Positions 31,370 to 47,400 of a stretch of 64,000 nucleotides of DNA are shown one piece after another; within the stretch, counting starts at the first letter, position 1, and each line of letters begins with the position of its first letter. The translations under genes and the position numbers were made by a program. Source of the stretch: the human T2T-CHM13v2.0 reference genome, Homo sapiens. The stretch lies in assembly GCF_009914755.1 (NCBI RefSeq), contig NC_060928.1; one strand, given 5' to 3'. The notes beneath the pieces were generated by a model. It was given only the letters and a program-made list of their open reading frames with translations. It did not search any database and was not told where the DNA came from.

Positions 31370-31789
31370 CCAGTATAGAATATATAGTTTTGGTAGTTTG
31401 ATATTTTATGTACAGTATATAGTTTGAGTACATTGATATTTTATGTACACTTTATTATAAATGTTTGGATACTTTCATATTTTATGTACAGTATATAATA
31501 CATACTTTGGGCACTTTGATATTTTATGTACAGTATACAATACATACTTTGGGTACTTTTTTTATTTTATGTACAGTATATAATACATAATTTGGGTACT
31601 TTGATATTTTATTTACAGTATATAATGCATACTTTGGGTACTTTGATGTTTTATGTACAGTATATAATACATACTTAGGGTACTTTGACATTTTATGTGC
31701 AGTACATAATACATACTTTGGATGCTTTGTTATTTTAAATACAGTATGTAATACATATTTTGGGTACTTTGATATTTTATGTACAGTAT

Positions 31790-32350
31790 ATAATACATAC
31801 TTTGGTACTTTTATATTTCATGTACAGTATATAATATATAGTTTGGGTACTTTGATATTTTATGTACAGTATATAATACATAGTTTGGGTATTTTGATAT
31901 TTTATGTACAGTATATAATACATACTTTGGGTACTTTGATATTTTATGTACAGTATATAATATATAGTTTGGGTACTTTGATAATTTATGTGCAGTATAT
32001 AACACATACTTTCGGTAGTTGGATATTTTATGTACAGTATATAATACATACTTTGGGTACTTCGATATTTGATGTACAGTATACTATATATAGTTTGGGT
32101 ACTTTGATATTTTATGTCGGGTACAAAATAAATAGTTTTGGTACTTAGATATTTTATGTACAGTATATAGTTTGAGTACTTTGATATTTTATGTACAGTT
32201 TATTATTAATGGGTGCTTTCATATTTTATGTACAGTATATAATACATACTATGGGCACTTTGATATTTTATGTAGAGTATATAATACATAATTTGGGTAC
32301 TTTGATATTTTATATACACTACATAATACATACTTTGGGTACTTTGATAT
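31790..32350. repeat. Diverged block F (paralogue at about 62297-62860)
   Basis: Offset about 30507 (31777/62284). Shared variants seen only here include aacacatactttcggtagttgg, tatgtcggg, gtacttagat and catactatgggcac. Confidence 0.8.
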
Positions 32351-35300
32351 TTTATGTACAGTACATAATATATAGTTTGGGTACTTTGATATTCTATGTG
32401 CAGTATATAACACATACTTTCGGTACTTGGATATTTTATGTACAGTATATAATACATAATTTGGGTACTTCCATATTTTATGTACAGTATGCTATATATA
32501 CTTTGGGTACTTTGATATTTTATGTCCAGTAAAAAATAAAAAGTTTTGGTAATTCGATATTTTATGTACAGTGTATCGTTTGAGTACTTTGATATTTAAT
32601 GTACAGTTTATTATAAATGTTCGGGTGCTTTCATATTTTATGTACAGTATATAATACATACTTTGAGCACTTTGATATTTTATGTACAGTATATAATACA
32701 TACTTTGGGTAATTTGATATTTTATGTACAGTATATAATACATACATTGGGTACTTTGATATTTTATGTACAGTATATAATATATAGTTAGGGTACTTTG
32801 ATATTTTATATACAGTATATAATATATATTATGTGTACTTTGATATATTATGTACAGTATATAATATATAGTTTGGGTAATTTGATATTTTATGTACAGT
32901 ATACAATATATAGTATTGGTACTTTGATATTTCATGTAAAGTATATAGTTTGAGTACTTTGATATTTTATATACAGTTTATTATAAATGTTTGGGTACCT
33001 TCCTATTTTATGTAGAGTATATAATACATACTTTGGGAACTTTTATTTTATGTGCAGTATATAATACATACTTTGGGTACTTTGATATTTTATGTACAGT
33101 ATATAATACATACTATTGGTACTTTGATATTTTATGTACAGTATACAATATATAGTTTGAGTACTTTGATATTTTATGTCCAGTATAAAATATATAGATT
33201 TCATACTTTGATATTTTATGTACTGAATGTAGTTTGAGTACTTTGATATTTTATGTACACTTTATTATAAAAGTTTGGGTACTTTCATATTTTACGTACA
33301 GTATATAATACATACTTTGGGCACTTTGATGTTTTATGTACAGTATATAATACATACTTTGGGTTCTTTGATATTTTATGTACAGCATATAATACATAAT
33401 TTGGGGACTTTTATATTTTATGTACATTATATTATACATACTTTGGGTACTTTTATATTTTATGTACGGTATATAATACACACTTTGGGTACTTTGATAT
33501 ATTATGTACGGTATATAATACATACTTTGGGTACTTTGATATATTATGTACAGTATATAATACATACTAAGGGTACTTTGACATTTTATGTACAGTACAT
33601 AATACATACTTTGGGTACTTTGATATTTTATGTACAGTATATAATGCATACTTTGGATACTTTGATATTTTATGTACAGTATATAATACATACTTTGGGT
33701 ACTTTTATATTTTATGTACAGTATATAATATATAGTTTGGGTACTTTGATATTTTATGTACGGTATATAATACATACTTTGGGTACTTTGATATTTTATG
33801 TACAGTATATAATACATACTTTGTGTACTCTGATATTTTATGTACAGTATACAATATATAGTTTGAATACTTTTATATTTTATGTACTGTATATAATATA
33901 TAGTGTTCGTACTTTGATATTTTATGTACAATATATAGTTTGAGTACTTTGATATTTTATGTACAGTTTTTTATAAATGTTTGGGTGCTTTCAAATTTTA
34001 TGTACAGTATATAATACATACAAAGGGCACTTTGATATTTTATGTACAGTATATAATACATACTTTGGGTACTCTGATATTTTATATACAGTGTATAATA
34101 CATACTTTGGGTACTTTGATATTTTATGTACAATATATAATACATACGTTGGCAACTTTGATATATTATGTACAGTATGTAATACATACTTTGGGTACTT
34201 TGATATTTTATGTATAGTATATAATACATACTTTGTGTAGTTTGATATTTTATGTACAGTATACAATATATAGTTTGAGTACTTTGATATTTTATGTCCA
34301 GTATAAAATATATAGTTTTCCTAATTGATATTTTATGTACAGAATATAGTTTGAGTACTTTGATATTTTATGTACACTTTATTATAAATGTTTGGGTACT
34401 TTCATATTTTATGTACAGTATATAATACATACTTTGGTCTCTTTGATGTTTTATGTACAGTATATAATACATACTTTGGGTTCTTTGATATTTTATGTGC
34501 AGAATATAATGCATAGTTTTAGGTACTTTTATATTTTATGTACAGTATATAATACATACTTTGGGTACTTTGATATTTTATGTACAGTATATAATACATA
34601 CTTTGGGTACTTTGATATTTTATGTACAGTATATAATACATATTATTGGTACTTTGATATTTTATGTACAGTATACAATATATAGTTTGAGTACTTTGAT
34701 ATTTTATGTCCAGTATAAAATACATAGATTTCATACTTTGATATTTTATGTACAGAATATAGTTTGAGTACTTTGATATTTTATGTACACTTTATCATAA
34801 AAGTTTGGGTACTTTCATATTTTACGTACAGTATATAATACATACTTTGGGCACTTTGATGTTTTATGTACCGTATATAATACATACTTTGGGTTCTTTG
34901 ATATGTTATGTACAGCATATAGTACATAATTTGGGGACTTTTATATTTTATGTACATTATATAATACATACTTTGGGTACTTTTATATTTTATGTACAGT
35001 ACATAATACATACTTTGGGTACTTTGATATTTTATGTACAGTATATAATTCATACTTTGGGTACTTTGATATATTATGTACAGTATATAATACATACATT
35101 GGGTACTTCGATATTTTATGTGCAGTACCCTATATATAGTTTGGGTACTTTGATATTTTATGTCCAGTATAAAATAAATAGTTTTGGTACTTTGATATTT
35201 TATGTACAGTATACAATATATAGTTTGAGTAATTTGATATTTTATGTGCAGTATAAAATATATAGTTTTGGTACTTTCATATTTTATGTACAGTATATAG

Positions 35301-36609
35301 TTTGAGTACTTTGATATTTTATGTACAGTTTTTTATAAATGTTTGGGTGCTTTCATATTTTATGTACAGTATATAATACATACTAAGGGCACTTTGATAT
35401 TTTATGTACAGTATATAATACATACTTTGGGTATTTTGATATTTTATGTACGTCATATAATATATAGTTTGGGTACTTTGATATTTTATGTACAGTATAT
35501 AATACATACCTTGGGTACTTTGATATTTTATTTACAGTATATAATATATAGTTTGGGTATTTTGATATTTTATGTACAGTATATAATACATACTTTGGGT
35601 ACTTTGATATTTTATGTACAGTATATAATACATACTTTGGGAACTTTGATATTTTATGTACAGTATGTAAAACATACTTTGGGTACTTTGATATTTTATG
35701 TACAGTATACAATATATAGTATGAATACTTTGATATTTTATGTGCAGTATAAAATATATAGTTTTGGTACTTTCATATTTTATATACAGTATATAGTTTG
35801 AGTACTTTGATATTTTATGTACAGTTTTTTATAATGTTTGGATGCTTTCATATTTTATGTACAGTATATAATACATACTAAGGGCACTTTGATATTTTAT
35901 GTACAGTATATAATACATACTTTGGGTACTTTGATATTTTATGTACGTCATATAATATATAGTTTGGGTACTTTGATATTTTATGTACAGTATATAATGC
36001 ATACTTTGGATACTTTGATATTTTATGTACAGTATATAATACATACTTTGGGTACTTTGATATTTTATGGACAGTGTAGAATACATACTTTGTGTACTTT
36101 GGTATTTTATGTACAGTATATAAAATATAGTTTGGGTAGTTTGATATTTTATATACAGTATATAATACATTCTTTGGGTACTTTGATATTTTGTGTACAG
36201 TATATAATACATACTTTGGGTACTTTGATATTTTATGCACAGTATACAATATATAGTTTGAGTACTTTGATATTTTATGTACTGTATAAAATATATACTT
36301 TTGGTACTTTGATATTTTATGTACAGTATATAGTTTGAGTACTTTGATATTTTATGTACAGTTTGTTAAAAATGTTTGGGTGCTTTCATATTTTATGTAC
36401 AGTATATAATACATACTTTGGTCACTTTGATATCTTATGTACAGTATATAATACATACTTTGGATACTCTGATATTTTATGTACAGGGTATAATACATAA
36501 TTTGTGTACTTTGATATTTTATGTACAGTATATAATACATACGTTGGGTACTTTGATATATTATGTACAGTATATAATACATACTTTGGGTACTTTGATA
36601 TTTTATGTA

Positions 36610-39600
36610 CAGTATATAATCCATAGTTTGTGTACTTTGATATTTTATGTACAGTATATAATACATACTTTGGGTACTTTGATATTTTATGTACAGTATA
36701 TAATACATACTATTGGTACTTTGATATTTTATGTACAGTATAGAATATATAGTTTGAGTACTTTGATATTTTATATCCAGTATAAAATATATAGTTTTCG
36801 TAATTGATATTTTATGTACAGAATATAGTTTGAGTCCTTTGATATTTTATGTACACTTTATTATAAATGTTTGGGTACTTTCATATTTTATGTACAGTAT
36901 ATAATACATACTTTGGTCTCTTTGATGTTTTATGTACAGTATATAATACATACTTTGCGTTCTTTGATATTTTATGTACAGAATATAATGCATAGTTTTA
37001 GGTACTTTTATATTTTATGTACAGTATATAATATATACTTTGGGTACTTCGATATTTTATGTACAGTATATAATACATACTTTGGGAACTTTGATATTTT
37101 ATGTACAGTATGTAATACATACTTTGGGTACTTTGATATTTTATGTACAGTATATAATACATACTATTGGTACTTTGATATTTTATGTACAGTATACAAT
37201 ATATAGTTTGAGTACTTTGATATTTTATATCCAGTATAAAATATATAGATTTCATACTTTGATATTTTATGTACTGAATGTAGTTTGAGTACTTTGATAT
37301 TTTATGTACACTTTATTATAAAAGTTTGGGTACTTTCATATTTTACGTACACTATATAATACATACTTTGGGCACTTTGATGTTTTATGTACAGTATATA
37401 ATACATACTTTGGGTTCTTTGATATTTTATGTACAGCATATAATACATAATTTGGGGACTTTTATATTTTATGTACATTATATTATACATACTTTGGGTA
37501 CTTTTATATTTTATGTACGGTATATAATACATACTTTGGGTACTTTGATATATTATGTACCGTATATAATACATACTTTGGGTACTTTGATATATTATGT
37601 ACAGTATATAATACATACTAAGGGTACTTTGACATTTTATGTACAGTACATAATACTTACTTTGGGTACTTTGATATATTATATACAGTATATAATGCAT
37701 ACTTTGGATACTTTGATATTTTATGTATAGTATATAATACATACTTTGGGTACTTTGATATTTTATGTACAGTATGTAATACATAATTTGGGTAATTTAA
37801 TATTTTATGTATAGTATATAATACATACTTTGGGTACTTTGATATTTTATGGACAGTGTATAATACATACTTTGGGTACTTTGATATTTTATGTACAGTG
37901 TATAATATATAGTTTGGGTACTTTGATATTTTATATACAGTATATAATACATACTTTGGGTACTTTGATATTTTATGTACAGTATATAATATATAGTTTG
38001 GGTACTTTGATATTTTATGTACGTTATATAATACATACTTTGGGTACTTTGATATTTTATTTACAGTATATAATACATGCTTTGGGTACTTTGATATTTT
38101 ATGTACAGTATATAATACATACTTTGGGTACTTTGATATTTTATGTACAGTATACAATATATAGTTTGAGTACTTTGATATTTTATGTGCAGTATAAAAT
38201 ATATAGTTTTGGTACTTTGATATTTTATGTACAGTATATAGTTTGAGTACTTTGATATTTTATGTACAGTTTGTTAAAAATGTTTGGGTGCTTTCATATT
38301 TTATGTACAGTATATAATACATACTTTGGGCACTTTGATATCTTATGTACAGTATATAATACATATTTTGGGTACTCTGATATTTTATGTACAGTGTATA
38401 ATACATAATTTGTGTACTTTGATATTTTATGTACAGTATATAATACATACGTTGGGTACTTTGATATATTATGTACAGTATATAATAAATACTTTGGGTA
38501 CTTTGATATTTTATGTACAGTATATAATCCATAGTTTGTGTACTTTGATATTTTATGTACAGTATATAATACATACTTTGGGTACTTTGATATTTTATGT
38601 ACAGTATATAATACATACTTTGGGTACTTTCATGTTTTATGTACAGTATATAATATATAGTTTGGGTACTTTGATATTTTATGTACGGTATATAATACAT
38701 ACTTTGGGTACTTTGATATTTTATGTACAGTATATAATACATAATTTGGGTACTTTGATATTTTATGTACAGTATACAATATATAGTTTGAGTACTTTGA
38801 TATTTTATGTGCAGTATAAAATATATAGTGTTGGTAGTTTGATGTTTTATGTACAGTATATATTTTGAGTACTTTGATATTTTATGTACGGTATATAATA
38901 CATACTTTGGGAACTTTGATATTTTATGTACAGTATGTAAAACATACTTTGGGTACTTTGATATTTTATGTACAGGATATAATGCATACTTTGGGTACTT
39001 TGATAGTTTATGTACAGTATATAATACATACTTTGGGTACTTTGATATTTTATGTATAGTATAAAATATATAGTTTGGGTAGTTTGATATTTTATGTACA
39101 GTATGTAAAAGATACTTTGGGGAGTTTGATATTATATGTACAGTATGTAAAACATGCTTTGGGGAGTTTGATATTTTATGAACAGTATATAATACACATT
39201 TTGTGTACTTTGATATTTTATGTACAGTATATAATACAAACTTTGGGTTCTTTGATATTTTATGTACAGAATATAATGCATAGTTTTAGGTACTTTTATA
39301 TTTTATGTACAGTATATAATACATATTTTGGGTACTTTGATATTTTATGTACAGTATATAATACATACTTTGGGAACTTTGATATTTTATGTACAGTATG
39401 TAATACATACTTTGGGTACTTTGATATTTTATGTACAGTATATAATACATACTATTGGTACTTTGATATTTTATGTACAGTATACAATATGTAGTTTGAG
39501 TACTTTGATATTTTATGTCCAGTATAAAATATATAGATTTCATACTTTGATATTTTTGTACTGAATGTAGTTTGAGTACTTTGATATTTTATGTACACTT

Positions 39601-39701
39601 TATTATAAAAGTTTGGGTACTTTGATATTTTACGTACAGTATATAATACATACTTTGGGCACTTTGATGTTTTATGTACAGTATATAATACATACTTTGG
39701 G
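36610..39701. repeat. Near-identical block B, copy 2
   Basis: Matches 9754-12845 at offset 26856 with few SNPs. Confidence 0.92.
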
Positions 39702-41450
39702 TTCTTTGATATTTTATGTACAGCATATAATACATAATTTGGGGACTTTTATATTTTATGTACATTATAATATACATACTTTCGGTACTTTTATATTTTA
39801 TGTACGGTATATAATACACACTTTGGGTACTTTGATATTTTATGTACAGTATATAATACATACTTTGGGTACTCTGATATTTTATGTACAGTATAAAATA
39901 TATAGTTTGAGTACTTTGATATTTTATGTACTGTATAAAATATATAGTTTTCGTACTTTGATATTTTATGTACAGTATATAGTTTGAGTACTTTGATATT
40001 TTATGTACCGTTTTTTATAAATGTTTGGGTGCTTTCATATTTTATGTACAGTATATAATACATAAAAAGGGCACTTTGATATTTTATGTACAGTATATAA
40101 TACATACTTTGGGTACTCTGATATTTTATGTACAGTGTATAATACATACTTTGGGTACTTTGATATTTTATGTACAATATATAATACATACGTTGGGAAC
40201 TTTGATATATTATGTACAGTATATAATACATGCTTTGGGTACTTTGATATTTTATCTACAGTATACAACACATAGTTTGTGTACTTTGATATTTTATGTA
40301 CAGTATATAATACATACTTTGGGTACTTTGATATTTTATGTACAGTATATAATACATACTTTGGGTACTTTCATATTTTATGTACAGTATATAATGCATA
40401 GTTTGGTTACTTTGATATTTTATCTACAGCTTATAATACATACTTTGGATAGTTTGATACTTTATGTACAGTATATAATACATACTTTGGGTACTTTGAT
40501 ATTTTATGTACAGTATACAATATATAGTTTGAGTACTTTGATATTTTATGTGCAGTATAAAATATATAGTTTTGGTACTTTCATATTTTATGTACAGTAT
40601 ATAATTTGAGTACTTTGATATTTTATGTACAGTTTTTTATAAATGTTTGGGTGCTTTCATATTTTATGTACAGTATATAATACATACTAAGGGCACTTTG
40701 ATATTTTATGTACAGTATATAATACATACTTTGGGTACTTTGATATTTTATGTACGTCATATAATATATAGTTTGGGTACTTTGATATTTTATGTACAGA
40801 ATATAATACATACCTTGGGTACTTTGATATTTTATGTACAGTATATAATATACAGTTTGGGTATTTTGATATTTTATGTACAGTATATAATACATACTTT
40901 GGGTACTTTGATATTTTATGTACAGTATATAATACATACTTTGGGAACTTTGATATTTTATGTACAGTATGTAAAACATACTTTGGGTACTTTGATATTT
41001 TATGTACAGTATATAATACATACTATTGGTACTTTGATATTTTATGTCCAGTATAAAATATATAGATTTCGTACTTTGATATTTTATGTACAGAATATAG
41101 TTTGAGTACTTTGATATTTTATGTACAATTTATTATAAAAGTTTGGGTACTTTCATATTTTACGTACAGTATATAATACATACTTTGGGCACTTTGATGT
41201 TTTATGTACAGTATATAATACATACTTTAGGTTCTTTTATATTTTATGTACAGCATATACTACAAAATTTGGGGACTTTTATATTTTATGTACATTATAT
41301 AATACATTCTTTGGGTACTTTTATATTTTATGTACGGTATATAATACATACTTTGGGTACTTTGATATATTATGTACAGTATATAATACATACTTTGGGT
41401 AATTTCATATATTATGTACAGTATATAATACATACTTAGGGTACTTTGAC

Positions 41451-44400
41451 ATTTTATGTACAGTATATAATACATACTTTGGGTACTTTGATATTTTATG
41501 AACATTATATAATACATACTTTGGGTACTTTGATATTTTATGTACTGTATATAATACATACTTTGGGTACTTTTATATTTTATGTACAGTATATAATATA
41601 TAGTTTGGGTACTTTGATATTTTATGTACGGTATATAATACATACTTTGGGTACTTTGATATTTTATGTATAGTATATAATACATACTTTGGGTACTTTG
41701 ATATTGTATGTACAGTATACAATATATAGTTTGAGTACTTTGATATTTTATGTACTGTATAAAATATATAGTTTTGGTACTTTGATATTTTATGTATAGT
41801 ATATAGTTTGAGTACTTTTATATTTTATGTACAGTTTTTTATAAATATTTGGGTGCTTTCATATTTTATGTACAGTATATAATACATACTAAGCGCACTT
41901 TGATATTTTATGTACAGTATATAATACATACTTTGGTTACTCTGATATTTTATGTACAGTGTATAATACATACTTTGAGTACTTTGATATTTTATGTACA
42001 ATATATAATACATACGTTGGGAACTTTGATATATTATGTACAGTATATAATTCATACTTTGGGTACTTTGATATTTTATGTACAGTATATAATACATAGT
42101 TTGTGTACTTTGATATTTTATGTACAGTATATAATACATACTTTGGGTACTTTGATATTTTATATACAGTATATAATACATACTTTGGGTACTTTCATAT
42201 TTTATGTACAGTATATAATATATAGTTTGGGTACTTTGATATTTTATCTACAGCTTATAATACATACTTTGGGTACTTTGATATTTTATGTACAGTATAT
42301 AATACATACTTTGGGTAGTTTGATATTTTATGTACAGTATACGATATATAGTTTGAGTACTTTGATATTTTATGTGCACTATAAAATATATAGTTTTGGT
42401 ACTTTGATATTTTATGTACAGTTTATAGTTTGAGTACTTTGATATTTTATGTACAGTTTATTATAAATGTTTGGGTACTTTCATATTTGATGTACAGTAT
42501 ATAATACATAATTTGGGCACTTTGATATTTTATGTACAGTATATAATACATACTTTGGGTACTTTTCTATTTTATGTACAGTATATAATACATACTTTGG
42601 GTACTTTGATATTTAATGTACAGTATATAATACACACTTTCCGTACTTTGATATTTTATGTAAAGCATGTAATACATACTTTGGGCAGTTTGATATTTTA
42701 TGTACAGTATGTAATACACACTTTGGGTACTTTGATATTTTATGTACAGTATGTAAAACATACTTTGGGTAGTTTGATATATTATGTACAGTATATAATA
42801 CATACTTTGGGTACTCTGATATTTTATGTACAGTGTATAATACATACTTTGGGTACTTTGATATTTTATGTACAGTATATAATACATACATTGGGTACTT
42901 TGATATATTATGTACAGTATATAATACTTACTTGGGGTACTTTGATATTTTATGTACAGTATATAATACATACTTTGTGTACTTTGATATTTTATGTACA
43001 GTATATAATACATACTTTGGGTATCTTGATATTTTATGTACAGTATATAATGCATACTTTGGGTACTTTGATATTTTATGTACAGTATATAATGCATACT
43101 TTGAGTACTTTGATATTTTATGTACAGTATGTAATACATACTTTGGGTACTTTGATATTTTATGTATAGTATATAATACATACTTTGTGTAGTTTGATAT
43201 TTTATGTACAGTATACAATATATAGTTTGAGTACTTTGATATTTTATGTCCAGTATAAATTATATAGTTTTCCTAATTGATATTTTATGTACAGAATATA
43301 GTTTGAGTACTTTGATATTTTATGTACACTTTATTATAAATGTTTGGGTACTTTCATATTTTATGTACAGTATATAATACATACTTTGGTCTCTTTGATG
43401 TTTTATGTACAGTATATAATACATACTTTGGGTTCTTTGATATTTTATGTGCAGAATATAATGCATAGTTTTAGGTACTTTTATATTTTATGTACAGTAT
43501 ATAATACATACTTTGGGTACTTTGATATTTTATGTACAGTATATAATACATACTTTGGGTACTTTGATATTTTATGTACAGTATATAATACATATTATTG
43601 GTACTTTGATATTTTATGTACAGTATACAATATATAGTTTGAGTACTTTGATATTTTATGTCCAGTATAAAATACATAGATTTCATACTTTGATATTTTA
43701 TGTACAGAATATAGTTTGAGTACTTTGATATTTTATGTACACTTTATCATAAAAGTTTGGGTACTTTCATATTTTACGTACAGTATATAATACATACTTT
43801 GGGCACTTTGATGTTTTATGTACAGTATATAATACATACTTTGGGTCCTTTGATATGTTATGTACAGCATATAGTACATAATTTGGGGACTTTTATATTT
43901 TATGTACATTATATAATACATACTTTGGGTACTTTTATATTTTATGTATGGTATACAATACATACTTTGGGTACTTTGATATATTATGTACAGTATAAAA
44001 TACATACTTTGGGTACTTTGATATATTATGTACAGTATATAATACATACTTAGGGTACTTTGACATTTTATGTACAGTACATAATACATACTTTGGGTAC
44101 TTTGATATTTTATGTACAGTATATAATACATACTTTGGGTACTTTGATATTTTATGTACAGTATATAATACATGTTTTGGGTACTTTTACATTTTATGTA
44201 CAGTATATAATATATAGTTTGGGTACTTTGATATTTTATGTACGGTATATAATACATACTTTGGGTACTTTGATATTTTATGTACAGTATATAATACATA
44301 CTTTGGGTACTTTGATATTTTATGTACAGTATATAATACATACTTTGGGTACTTTGATATTTAATGTACTGTATATAATACACACTTTGCGTACTTTGAT

Positions 44401-47400
44401 ATTTTATGTAAAGTATGTAATACATACTTTGGGTACTTTGATATTTTATGTACAGTATGTAATACACGCTTTGGGTACTTTGATATTTTATGTAGAGTAT
44501 GTAAAACATACTTTGGGTAGTTTGGTATTTTATGATCAGTATATAATACATATTTTGGGTACTTTGATATTTTATGTAGAGTATATAATACCTACTTTGG
44601 GTACTTTGATATTTTATGTACAGTATATAATACATAATTTGGGTACTTCAATAGTATATGCACAGTATATAATACATACTTTGGGTAATTTGATATTTTA
44701 TGTACAGTATATAATGCATACTTTGGGTACTTTGATAGTTTATGTACAGTATACAATACATACTTTAGGTACTTTGATATTTTATGTACAGTATATAATA
44801 TGTCGTTTGGGTACTTTGATATTTTAACTACAGTATATAATACATACTTTGGGTACTTTGATATTTTATCTACAGTATATAATAGATATTTTGGGTACTT
44901 TGATATATTATGTACAGTATATAATACATAGTTTGGTTACTTTGATATTTTTTGTACAGTATGTAAAACATACTTTGGGGAGTTTGATATTTTATGAACA
45001 GTATATAATACACATTTTGGGTACTTTGATATTTTATGTACGGTATATAATACATACTTTGGGTACTTTGATATTTTATGTACAGTATATAATTCATACT
45101 TTGGGTACTTTGATATTTTATGTACAGTATATAATACATACTTTGGGTACTTTGATATTTTATGAACAGTATATAATACATACTTTGGGTACTTTGATAT
45201 TTTATGTACTGTATATAATACATACTTTGGGTACTTTTATATTTTATGTACAGTATATAATATATAGTTTGGGTACTTTGATATTTTATGTAAGGTATAT
45301 AATACATACTTTGGGTACTTTGATATTTTATGTATAGTATATAATACATACTAAGCGCACTTTGATATTTTATGTACAGTATATAATACATACTTTGGTT
45401 ACTCTGATATTTTATGTACAGTGTATAATACATACTTTGGGTACTTTGATATTTTATGTATAGTATATAGTTTGAGTACTTTGATATTTTATGTACAGTT
45501 TTTTATAAATATTTGGGTGCTTTCATATTTTATGTACAGTATATAATACATACTAAGCGCACTTTGATATTTTATGTACAGTATATAATACATACTTTGG
45601 TTACTCTGATATTTTATGTACAGTGTATAATACATACTTTGGGTACTTTGATATTTTATGTACAATATATAATACATACGTTGGGAACTTTGATATATTA
45701 TGTACATTATATAATTCATACCTTGGGTACTTTGATATTTTATGTACAGTATATAATACATAGTTTGTGTACTTTGATATTTTATGTACAGTATATAATA
45801 CATACTTTGGGTACTTTGATATTTTATATACAGTATATAATACATACTTTGGGTACTTTCATATTTTATGTACAGTATATAATATATAGTTTGGGTACTT
45901 TGATATTTTATCTACAGCTTATAATACATACTTTGGGTACTTTGATATTTTATGTACAGTATATAATACATACTTTGGGTAGTTTGATATTTTATGTACA
46001 GTATACAATATATAGTTTGAGTACTTTGATATTTTATGTGCAGTATAAAATATATAGTTTTGGTACTTTGATATTTTATGTACAGTTTATAGTTTGAGTA
46101 CTTTGATATTTTATGTACAGTTTATTATAAATGTTTGGGTACTTTCATATTTGATGTACAGTATATAATACATAATTTGGGCACTTTGATATTTTATGTA
46201 CAGTATATAATACATACTTTGGGTACTTTTCTATTTTATGTACAGTATATAATACATACTTTGTTTACTTTGATATTTAATGTACAGTATATAATACACA
46301 GTTTGCGTACTTTGATATTTTATGTAAAGCATGTAATACATAATTTGGGCAGTTTGATATTTTATGTACAGTATGTAATACACACTTTGGGTACTTTGAT
46401 ATTTTATGTACAGTATGTAAAACATACTTTGGGTAGTTTGATATATTATGTACAGTATATAATGCATACTTTGGGTACTCTGATATTTTATGTACAGTGT
46501 ATAATACGTACTTTGGGTACTTTGATATTTTATGTACAGTATATAATACATACATTGGGTACTTTGATATATTATGTACAGTATATAATACTTACTTTGG
46601 GTACTTTGATATTTTATGTACAGTATATAATACATACTTTGTGTACTTTGATATTTTATGTACAGTATATAATACATACTTTGGGTACTTTGATATTTTA
46701 TGTACAGTATATAATACATACTTTGGGTATCTTGATATTTTATGTACAGTATATAATGCATACTTTGGGTACTTTGATATTTTATGTACAGTATATAATG
46801 CATACTTTGAGTACTTTGATATTTTATGTACAGTATGTAATACATACTTTGGGTACTTTGATATTTTATGTATAGTATATAATACATACTTTGTGTAGTT
46901 TGATATTTTATGTACAGTATACAATATATAGTTTGAGTACTTTGATATTTTATGTCCAGTATAAAATGTATAGTTTTCCTAATTGATATTTTATGTACAG
47001 AATATAGTTTGAGTACTTTGATATTTTATGTACACTTTATTATAAATGTTTGGGTACTTTCATATTTTATGTACAGTATATAATACATACTTTGGTCTCT
47101 TTGATGTTTTATGTACAGTATATAATACATACTTTGGGTTCTTTGATATTTTATGTGCAGAATATAATGCATAGTTTTAGGTACTTTTATATTTTATGTA
47201 CAGTATATAATACATACTTTGGGTACTTTGATATTTTATGTACAGTATATAATACATACTTTGGGAACTTTGATATTTTATGTACAGTATGTAATACATA
47301 CTTTGGGTACTTTGATATTTTATGTACAGTATACAATATATAGTTTGAGTATTTTGATATTTTATGTCCAGTATAAAATACATAGATTTCATACTTTGAT

